Part shown: positions 56,936-64,000 of the stretch, piece by piece
Layout: the number at the start of each line of letters is the position of its first letter
How positions within the stretch are numbered: the stretch's first letter is position 1
From: Sumerlaeia bacterium
GTDB lineage: Bacteria > Sumerlaeota > Sumerlaeia > SLMS01 > JAHLLQ01
DNA: 64,000 bases
Assembly (NCBI GenBank): GCA_040219255.1
Contig: JAVJSW010000001.1
Coordinates: 93,794 to 157,793, forward strand
Reading direction: 5' to 3'
Translations under genes and position numbers: made by a program
The notes under the pieces: generated by a model
What the model was told of the DNA's origin: nothing
The model's input: the letters and a program-made list of their open reading frames with translations, nothing else
Databases searched by the model: none

Positions 56936-57259
56936 TTACTGCTCGGGGTTTTCCTCGTCGTCGATGGCGTCGGCGAGACCAGCATCGTCGCGAACGCGGC
57001 TGGAGCGCAACTGCCGCAGATATTGCCCACGCCGTTCGCGGTATTCTTCCGGGTCCATATCGACGATGGGTTCGTCCTCGCCGGCTTTGACTTGCTCGAA
57101 GATTTTCTGGATAAACGGCACACACCAGCCGCAGCCCGTGCCGGCGCCGTAGCACTCGCTGCACTGCGATGCCACCTTGGGATCGTTGAGGCGCACGAAG
57201 GTCGCGACCTTGCGTCCGGTGACGTGAAAGCACACGCAGAGTTCGTCTCGCAGGTTCAT
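56936..57259 (-). CDS. BFD-like [2Fe-2S] binding protein
   Basis: C-x-C ... AGTGCGWC motif. Confidence 0.82.
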   Translation of the reverse strand: MNLRDELCVCFHVTGRKVATFVRLNDPKVASQCSECYGAGTGCGWCVPFIQKIFEQVKAGEDEPIVDMDPEEYRERRGQYLRQLRSSRVRDDAGLADAIDDEENPEQ

Positions 57260-57378
57260 GACCGTCCGCTCCCCGTGTCAAAAGAGTGGACCCGTGTCCG
57301 TGTTGGCGATGTTTTTCTTTGCGCCACGGCCCGGGCGGTTCTTGCGTAGGTGGTTGAAACCCGTCAAGATGCCGCCCC

Positions 57379-57858
57379 ATGACCCCTTCGCCCCCTGAGC
57401 CCAAGAAGAAAAAGAAGGTCCCCAAGCACACGGTGGGATGGACGGAGTACGTGGGCCTGCCGGAGTTGGGCATCGACCGGCTGGATGCGAAGGTGGACAC
57501 GGGGGCCCGCACCAGCGCGCTGCACGTGGAGAACGTGGTGAAGCGCAAGGATGGGCTGCTGGAATTCGACGTGGTGCTGAGCCGCAAGAAGCTGAACCGG
57601 CGGGTGCGCGTGTCGGCTCCGATTCTGAAGCGGGCCAAGGTGCGCTCGAGCACGGGCGAGTACCACGAGCGATACTTCATCAAGACGCGGCTTCGGCTCG
57701 GACCCGTGGAAAAGGACATTGAATTGTCGCTGGTGTCCCGGGAGAAGATGGTTTTCCGCATGTTGATCGGCCGCAAGGCCCTGGAGCGGGACTTTCTCGT
57801 CGATGTCAGCAAGCGCCGCGTTCACGCGCCCCAACCCAAGGAACCCAGACTGTCTTAG
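57379..57858 (+). CDS. RimB-type retropepsin-like protease (annotated family 'ATP-dependent Zn protease', DUF785)
   Basis: VGW.EYV.LPELG, AKVDTGARTSALH, VRSS.G..ER and MLIGR.AL motifs; upstream of rimK. Confidence 0.87.
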   Translation: MTPSPPEPKKKKKVPKHTVGWTEYVGLPELGIDRLDAKVDTGARTSALHVENVVKRKDGLLEFDVVLSRKKLNRRVRVSAPILKRAKVRSSTGEYHERYFIKTRLRLGPVEKDIELSLVSREKMVFRMLIGRKALERDFLVDVSKRRVHAPQPKEPRLS

Positions 57859-57866
57859 TTTTTTCT

Positions 57867-59021
57867 ATGCGTATCGCTCTTCTCTCCCGAGCCCCCAATT
57901 CCTACAGCTCTCGCCGGCTTCGCGAGGCCGCCGAGGCCCATGGCCATCGTCTCGACATGCTCGATACGCTGCGGTTTTCCCTCGGCATTTCCCATCACCG
58001 GCCTTCGCTTTTCTACGAGAACAAAGCGGTCCCCAACTACGACGCGGTCATTCCCCGCATCGGCGCGTCGATCACCTTCTACGGTCTGGCCGTCATCCGC
58101 CAGTTCGAGCAAATGGGCGTCTCGGTGCAGAACGAGTCGCTGGCGATTTCGCGTTCGCGGGATAAGCTGCGCTCGATGCAGATTCTCTCGCGCCACGACG
58201 TGGGCATTCCGACGACCGCCTTCGTGCGGGCGCGCGAGGACGTCTTGCCGGCCATCGCGCGCATTGGCGGCGCCCCCGTGATCATCAAGGTTCTGGAAGG
58301 CACCCAGGGGATCGGCGTGATCCTGGCCGATTCGGTGAAAATCGCCCAGGCGATCATCGAGACCCTGCAAAGCGCCCGGCAAAACGTCCTCATCCAGAAG
58401 TTCATAGCCGAGAGCAAAGGCAAAGACATCCGCGCCATCGTCGTCGGCGACCGAGTCGTGGCCGCCATGCGCCGCAAAGCGGTCGGCGACGAATACCGCA
58501 GTAACGTGCACCGTGGTGGCACCACGGAAGGGGTGACACTTTCCCCCGAATACGAGCACACCGCCATTCGCGCCGCCCAGATCATGGGCTTGTCGGTGGC
58601 CGGGGTGGACATGCTGGAGGGGGAAACGGGTCCCCAGGTGATGGAGGTCAACTCCTCGCCGGGCCTCGAAGGCATCGAGAAATGCACCGGGGTCGATGTG
58701 GCCGCTTGCATCATCGAGGAACTCGAGCACCAGGTGCTCTTTCCCGATGTGGACCTGAAGAGCCGGCTGCGCCTGACCGCCGGCTTCGGCGTCGCCGAAT
58801 TCCCGGTCCACAACATGCCCGACATCGAGGGGCGGAAACTGCGCGACACCACCCTGTCGGCGGACAACATCCATGTGCTCCAGATCAACCGCAACAACGC
58901 CATTCTGCCCAACCCCGGCGGCGACGATTTGATCGAGACGGGCGACAAGCTCCTTTGCTACGGAGAGTTAGCCAAGCTGCGGGCCTTGATGCCGAAGCGC
59001 GAAAGCCACCACGAAACATGA
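57867..59021 (+). CDS. rimK: RimK family alpha-L-glutamate ligase fused to a C-terminal RCK_C (TrkA-C) domain
   Basis: DAVIPRIGASIT, RSRDKL, EGTQG.GV, RSNVHRGG, AGVD and EVNSSPGLEGIE motifs; then G..L.D......VL.I.R.......P..D..I..GD.L...G. Confidence 0.92.
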   Translation: MRIALLSRAPNSYSSRRLREAAEAHGHRLDMLDTLRFSLGISHHRPSLFYENKAVPNYDAVIPRIGASITFYGLAVIRQFEQMGVSVQNESLAISRSRDKLRSMQILSRHDVGIPTTAFVRAREDVLPAIARIGGAPVIIKVLEGTQGIGVILADSVKIAQAIIETLQSARQNVLIQKFIAESKGKDIRAIVVGDRVVAAMRRKAVGDEYRSNVHRGGTTEGVTLSPEYEHTAIRAAQIMGLSVAGVDMLEGETGPQVMEVNSSPGLEGIEKCTGVDVAACIIEELEHQVLFPDVDLKSRLRLTAGFGVAEFPVHNMPDIEGRKLRDTTLSADNIHVLQINRNNAILPNPGGDDLIETGDKLLCYGELAKLRALMPKRESHHET

Positions 59022-60211
59022 GCCCCAGCAAACGCCCCGCAAATGGAAAAGGCCCCGAGCCGGCGCCCGCCCCTCGCGACCACAGTGCCCCCATCGTGAT
59101 CGGCGGCCAGGCGGTCCACCTCGGCGAAACCCGCGACATCAACATTCCCTTCAGCGAGAACTACCTTGGCGGCTCGGTCTCCTTTCCGGTCCGGGTGATT
59201 CGCGCCGCCGAACCGGGACCGGCCATCTTCTTCACCGGAGCCGTTCACGGCGACGAATTGACCGGCGTCGGCATTATCCGCGAGTTCCTCTTCAGCGAAC
59301 TGCCGCCGTTGGTTCGCGGATCGGTGATCTGCGCCCCGGCGGTGAATACCTTCGGTCTGGAAACGCAGAGCCGCTACCTGCCCGACCGCAAGGATCTGAA
59401 CCGCTGCTTTCCCGGCGCGGCGGATGGCAGCATGAGCAGCCGGCTGGCCTTTGAAATCACCCGCCAGATTATCCAGAACAGCGACTACGGCCTCGATTTC
59501 CACAGCGCCGCGGTGCGCCGGGTGAACTATCCGAACGTGCGCGCCGACCTGACCGATCCGCGGGCGAGGGCACTGGCCGAGGCTTTCGGCTGCGAGTTGA
59601 TCGTCAGTTCGAAGGGCCCGGAGGGTTCGCTGCGCCGGACCGCCTGCGAAGCGGGCGTGCCGACGATCATCCTGGAGGCGGGTGAGGTATGGAAAATCGA
59701 ACCGGGCGTGGTGCAGATCGGCATCCGCGGCTGTGTCAACGTTCTGCGGTCGCTGGGCATGGTCGAGGGCGAACGGCTCGAACCCATCTTCCGCGCCACC
59801 ATCGAGAAAACAACCTGGGTCCGCGCCAGCCGGGGGGGCTTCCTGGGTTTCCATAGCAACCCCGGCGACCTGATCCGCAAGGGTCAGCCGCTGGCGACGA
59901 ACTACAGCATCTTCGGACGCGAGCGCAGCGACCTCGTCGCCCCGGAAAACGGCCTGATTCTCGGCATGGCCACCATGCCCGCCGTCAAGCCGGGGGAACC
60001 CGTTTATCACCTGGCGATCCTGGACGACGACGAATACCGCCGCATCCGCCAGGCCATCGCGTCCTCGCCCGACCACGGCCTCTTCCAGCGCCTGCGCGAC
60101 GACTTCTCCACCAACGTGCACAACCCTTCGGCGGACTACAACGAAGTCATCTCCGCGGCCCCCGAACCGGAAGACCCGCCGTCGCTGGAAACGCAGTACG
60201 GGGAGGATTAG
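59018..60211 (+). CDS. Succinylglutamate desuccinylase / aspartoacylase family (M14) protein
   Basis: HGDE, RYLPDRKDLNRCFPG, DFHS and ILEAGE motifs; ATGA-coupled to rimK. Confidence 0.9.
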   Translation: MSPSKRPANGKGPEPAPAPRDHSAPIVIGGQAVHLGETRDINIPFSENYLGGSVSFPVRVIRAAEPGPAIFFTGAVHGDELTGVGIIREFLFSELPPLVRGSVICAPAVNTFGLETQSRYLPDRKDLNRCFPGAADGSMSSRLAFEITRQIIQNSDYGLDFHSAAVRRVNYPNVRADLTDPRARALAEAFGCELIVSSKGPEGSLRRTACEAGVPTIILEAGEVWKIEPGVVQIGIRGCVNVLRSLGMVEGERLEPIFRATIEKTTWVRASRGGFLGFHSNPGDLIRKGQPLATNYSIFGRERSDLVAPENGLILGMATMPAVKPGEPVYHLAILDDDEYRRIRQAIASSPDHGLFQRLRDDFSTNVHNPSADYNEVISAAPEPEDPPSLETQYGED

Positions 60212-60215
60212 AGAG

Positions 60216-60342
60216 AATTCACCGCAGAGGCGCGGAGGACGCAGAGAACGTTCATTTAATGCTACTTAGACGGTTTTCCTCGCAGCGAAATCAGAAAAGT
60301 TCCTCCGTGAATCTCCCCGCTCCGTGACCTCCGTGTTCAATT
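60216..60342. repeat. AATT-bounded imperfect inverted repeat pair (same family as 23069-23570)
   Basis: aattcaccgcagaggcgcggaggacgcagag ... revcomp aattgaacacggaggtcacggagcggggagattcacggag. Confidence 0.6.
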
Positions 60343-60383
60343 TTTCCCAGCCATTTCCCCGCCCACAGGAGACCCAACGCACC

Positions 60384-61568
60384 ATGCTACGCCGCGCCTT
60401 GCTCGCCCTTTCACTTCTCGCCCTTCCAGTAACCGCCGCGGCCCAGGAGACTGCCGAACCGATGCCTGAACCCGTTCCCGTTTTCGATCTGCACAGCGAC
60501 ATTCTGCTGCGCGCCATTTCCAACGGCGTGGACATCGGAGAGGCGCCGGAGTGGACGCAGGTGAACCTGAAGACGATGGAAGCCGGCCACGTCGAGAACC
60601 AGGTCTTCGCCGTGTGGGTCGATTCGTACGGCGTCACGGGCCTGAACGCGACGCGGCGGGCGCTGGAGATGATCGACATTTTCCAGGCCCAAGCCGAGAA
60701 GTATAAGGACCGCATGGCTCTGGCGACGACGATGGCGGAGGCCGATGCGATCACGGATTCGGGCCGCGTGGCGGTCTGGCTGTGGCTGGAAGGGGGCGCG
60801 CCCATCGCCGACGATCTGGCGCTCCTGAGAACGTTCTATCGCCTGGGTGTGCGCGGCATGACGCTGACCTGGATGAACAATCTCCTCTGGGCCGGGGCCG
60901 CGACGGATAAGGACGATCCGGACATGGGCCTGACCGAACTGGGCCGCGAAGTCGTCGCGGAAATGAACCGCCTCGGCATGGTGGTGGATGTCAGCCACGT
61001 CAGCGAAGCGACCTTCTACGACGCCCTGGAACTCAGCACGGACCCGGTGGTGGCGTCGCATTCGTGCTGCCGGGCGCTGGCCGATCACCCGCGCAATCTG
61101 TCGGACGATCAGTTGCGGGCGCTGGCCAAGAACGGCGGCGTCATCGGCATCGCCGCCATGCCGAGCTACCTCAGCACGGATTTCGACGCTGCCTGGGAAG
61201 AAGCGGAAGCTCGTGTCGCCGATCAGATCGCGGCCCTGAAGGCGGAGTACGACGGCAACACCGGCAACCCGCTTTACCGCGATGCGCGCCGGATTCTGAT
61301 TCAGAATGAAATCGATGAGGAGCGGTCGGTGACTCTCGGCACCTATCTCGACCACATCGAGCACGCCATCGAAGTCGCGGGCTACGAGCACGTCGGTCTC
61401 GGCAGCGATTTCGACGGCATCTGGGCGTTCCCCATCGGGCTGGAGAAAGCTTCGAAATGGCAGAGCGTCGCCGCTGGCCTGCGCGATCGTGGCCACAGCG
61501 AAGAGGTCGTCGCCGCAGTCATGCACGGCAATGTGGCCCGAGTGTTCCGGCAGGTGATGGATCGGTAG
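60384..61568 (+). CDS. Membrane dipeptidase (peptidase M19), exported
   Basis: Signal peptide; DLHSD, EGG, EMNRLG.VVDVSH, ASHS, HPRNL and GLGSDFDG motifs. Confidence 0.92.
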   Translation: MLRRALLALSLLALPVTAAAQETAEPMPEPVPVFDLHSDILLRAISNGVDIGEAPEWTQVNLKTMEAGHVENQVFAVWVDSYGVTGLNATRRALEMIDIFQAQAEKYKDRMALATTMAEADAITDSGRVAVWLWLEGGAPIADDLALLRTFYRLGVRGMTLTWMNNLLWAGAATDKDDPDMGLTELGREVVAEMNRLGMVVDVSHVSEATFYDALELSTDPVVASHSCCRALADHPRNLSDDQLRALAKNGGVIGIAAMPSYLSTDFDAAWEEAEARVADQIAALKAEYDGNTGNPLYRDARRILIQNEIDEERSVTLGTYLDHIEHAIEVAGYEHVGLGSDFDGIWAFPIGLEKASKWQSVAAGLRDRGHSEEVVAAVMHGNVARVFRQVMDR

Positions 61569-61580
61569 GCGGTTCGCGCC

Positions 61581-62432
61581 CTAGCCCTTCACCGCCCCCG
61601 CCGTCATGCCCGCCACGATGTGGCGCTGGAAGATGAGCACGAGCACCACGAGCGGCAGCGTCACGACCACGCAAGCCGCCATGATGCTGCCCCACGGGAC
61701 GGAGAAGAGGCTGTCGCCGCCGAAGTTGGCGATGACGACCGGCACGGTGCGGGACTCGTTGGTGATGGTCAGGGTCAGAGCGAAGAGGTACTCGTTCCAG
61801 GCCGCGATGAAGGCCAGTAGACCGGTCGTCGCGAGGCCGGGGAGACTGAGCGGCAGGAGAATGCGCCAGAAGGTCTGGAGCGGCGAGGCGCCATCGACGT
61901 AGGCGCTTTCCTCCAGTTCGCGCGGCAGGGACTTGAAGAAGCTCGTCATGACCCAAATGGTGAAGGGCAGCGTGAAGAGCATGTAGCTGAGGATCAGGCC
62001 GCCGAGGCTGTTGAAGAGGCCGAGCGAGCTGATGGTGGATTTGACGGCGCCGACGACGCTGATTTGCGGAAACATGGTCATGCTGAGGACAAGGCCCATG
62101 ATGGCCTGGCGCCCACGCATTTTGTAGCGCCCCAGCGCGCACGCCGCCAAGGCTCCCACGCCCAGCGCCAAAATCGTCGTGCCGCCCGCCACGATGGCGG
62201 AATTGCGCAGCGACAGCAGGAAATCGCGGTTGGTGAAGACAGACTTGTAGTGCGTCGCCGTGGCGCCCGGCACGGCCAGGTAATCGGCGGGAGTGGCGGT
62301 GATCTGGGTCTCGGGCTGGAAGGAACCGTTGAGCGCCCAGTAGAACGGGAAAATGGTGTAGATCAGCGCGAGCGCCAGCACGAAATAAAACAGCGAACGG
62401 TTGGCGATGCGGACGGTTTGCTTGCGGGTCAT
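61581..62432 (-). CDS. Carbohydrate ABC transporter permease (MalG-like)
   Basis: EAA-loop LPRELEESAYVDGAS, WNEYLFA and Q..IV.G.TAGAVKG motifs. Confidence 0.93.
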   Translation of the reverse strand: MTRKQTVRIANRSLFYFVLALALIYTIFPFYWALNGSFQPETQITATPADYLAVPGATATHYKSVFTNRDFLLSLRNSAIVAGGTTILALGVGALAACALGRYKMRGRQAIMGLVLSMTMFPQISVVGAVKSTISSLGLFNSLGGLILSYMLFTLPFTIWVMTSFFKSLPRELEESAYVDGASPLQTFWRILLPLSLPGLATTGLLAFIAAWNEYLFALTLTITNESRTVPVVIANFGGDSLFSVPWGSIMAACVVVTLPLVVLVLIFQRHIVAGMTAGAVKG

Positions 62433-63358
62433 CGAACGTCCTCCGACCCGGGCCGCAGCGCCACGACGTAGGCGATGACGAACAGCGCGATGAGCAGGAA
62501 AATCGCCACGCTGATGGCCGAACCATAGCCCATCTTGCCGAAACTGATCAGGTACTGGAAGTTATAGGTCGCCATGCTTTCCGTGTTCTGCGCTCCGCCA
62601 GTCATGACCCAGATCACGTCGAAGACGCGGAGTGCGTCGAGCGTGCGGAAGATCAACGCGACCAGGATCGCGGGTTTCAGGAGCGGGAGGGTGATCTTGA
62701 AGAACTGCTGGACTTTGTTGGCGCCGTCGACGTCGGCGGCCTGGTAGAGACCGCCGGGGATGAGTTGCAGCCCAGCGAGCAGCAGTAGCGCCACGAAGGG
62801 CGTCGTCTTCCAGACGTCCACGGCGATGACGCTGATCATCGCCAGACCCGGTTCCGCCAGCCACGCCGGTTTCGTGTCGAGGAGGTGGAACTTCGTGACC
62901 AGCAAATCGTTCACGACGCCGTAGGTATCGACGAACATGTAGCTCCAGATCTTGGCGCTGACCACCGTCGGCAGGGCCCACGGGATCAGGATGGCCGCGC
63001 GGACGAGGCCCCGGCCTTTGAATTGGCTGTGGATGACCAGGGCGATGGCGAGGCCGAAAATGAACTCGATGGTTACGCTGCCGAGGGTGAAGACCACGGT
63101 GTTCCAGACAGCGGCCCAGAAATCCTTCTGGCCAAAGAGCGTCGTGTAGTTCTTGAGCCCCACGAATTCCGGGTCGCCGATGCCGTCCTGCGCGTTCGTC
63201 AGACTGGTGATGAACGTCGCGACCAACGGATACAACCCAACGAGCAAGAGGAGCAGCAGCGCAGGGGCCATGAAGCCGTAACCGATGCGGCTCTGGCGCG
63301 CGGCGAGGCTGAGACTCTTGCGCGGTGGTTGGGGGGCGGGGGCGGTCTCGACGGTCAC
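62429..63358 (-). CDS. Carbohydrate ABC transporter permease (MalF-like)
   Basis: FVGL.NY, DVWKTTPF, EAA-loop LYQAADVDGA and VFD.IWVMTGG motifs; GTG start overlapping the SBP stop. Confidence 0.92.
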   Translation of the reverse strand: MTVETAPAPQPPRKSLSLAARQSRIGYGFMAPALLLLLLVGLYPLVATFITSLTNAQDGIGDPEFVGLKNYTTLFGQKDFWAAVWNTVVFTLGSVTIEFIFGLAIALVIHSQFKGRGLVRAAILIPWALPTVVSAKIWSYMFVDTYGVVNDLLVTKFHLLDTKPAWLAEPGLAMISVIAVDVWKTTPFVALLLLAGLQLIPGGLYQAADVDGANKVQQFFKITLPLLKPAILVALIFRTLDALRVFDVIWVMTGGAQNTESMATYNFQYLISFGKMGYGSAISVAIFLLIALFVIAYVVALRPGSEDVR

Positions 63359-64000
63359 GGCGCGGCGAGCACCCGGGTCATTTCTTCCTCCATCGCCGCC
63401 ACGGCGGCGGCGCCCTCGGCCTGACCGGTGAGGACTTCGTTGGCATTCTTGAAGAAGATCGAGGAGATCTGATTGTAGTCCAGGCCGGTCACCGTCGAGG
63501 GCCGGGGCGTGGCGTTGAGAAGCACATCGCGGTACTCGGGGAAATAGGGGATGGCTTCGGCGATTTCCGCGTCGTCGTAGAGTTCGACCCGAGGGGGCAG
63601 GAATCCGCCGACAAGAGCGCGGCGCTTGAGCATGTCGGCGCTCGTCAGAAAATTGACCAGTTTGATCGCCGCGTCCTGCTTGGTCGAGTACTTCGACACC
63701 GCCAACTGCCAGCCGCCGAGCGCCGCCGCGTGGCCACCGCCGCCGTCCGGATTGAGCGCCACCGCGACTTGACCCTTCACCGGCGAGCCTTCCTTCTGGC
63801 ACTCGGCCCAGACGTAGGGCCAGGAGCGCAGGAAGGCCGCGTTGCCATTCTGGAAGAGGCCGAGGGACTCGGGCTCCATGTAGGCGGCGACGCCCGGCGG
63901 CGAAATGTTGCCGACCCAGCCCGCGGCGCGGTCGAGCGCCTGGGCGGCCGCTTCGTTGTTGATCGTCACGTTGCCTTCGCCATCCACAATAGATCGGAAG
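63355..64000 (-). CDS. Sugar ABC transporter substrate-binding protein (trehalose/maltose type), partial; 5' end outside the window
   Basis: ISPPGV, FQNGNAAF.RSWPY, LGGWQLAVSKYS and PRP motifs. Confidence 0.88.
   Translation of the reverse strand, partial: FRSIVDGEGNVTINNEAAAQALDRAAGWVGNISPPGVAAYMEPESLGLFQNGNAAFLRSWPYVWAECQKEGSPVKGQVAVALNPDGGGGHAAALGGWQLAVSKYSTKQDAAIKLVNFLTSADMLKRRALVGGFLPPRVELYDDAEIAEAIPYFPEYRDVLLNATPRPSTVTGLDYNQISSIFFKNANEVLTGQAEGAAAVAAMEEEMTRVLAAP

Noticed and set aside
56187-57812. 541-aa ORF suggesting a long N-terminal extension on the HAD hydrolase
   Set aside because: The upstream part overlaps the BFD-like gene and is antisense to rimB; HAD motif I begins near 56900, so the real start is about 56921.

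Overview
GC-rich bacterial chromosomal window, mostly housekeeping. It carries central carbon genes (pdhA, sucAB, rpe, fba, eno, a zwf-opcA-pgl-gnd operon), trpF, lysS, a lolC/E-type permease and a tRNA-Val/tRNA-Asp pair. Alpha-glucan-use genes include GH97, GH31, a CBM20-SGNH esterase, a mutarotase and a maltose/trehalose-type ABC transporter. There are also an orphan secretin, a pseudopilin and a rimB-rimK-aspartoacylase operon. The pseudopilin C-terminal YDPTNG motif suggests Candidatus Sumerlaeota (BRC1) or a relative (inference). No photosynthesis genes, integrase, transposase, CRISPR array or rRNA were seen. Main leads: (1) a stand-alone tandem pair of phycobiliprotein-like globins (16049-17140) in an apparently non-photosynthetic bacterium; one has lost the bilin-attachment Cys, the other has a C-x5-C-x3-C-x3-C-x-C cluster at the pocket, and their promoter matches the tRNA promoter; (2) a lower-GC cassette encoding a 13-Cys secreted miniprotein, a membrane-anchored LolA-like protein and a DUF1573 protein (40494-42897); (3) a RimK-RCK_C fusion; (4) a family of AATT-bounded inverted repeats and REP-like hairpins in intergenic spaces. 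All family calls come from motif recognition by eye, not database searches.
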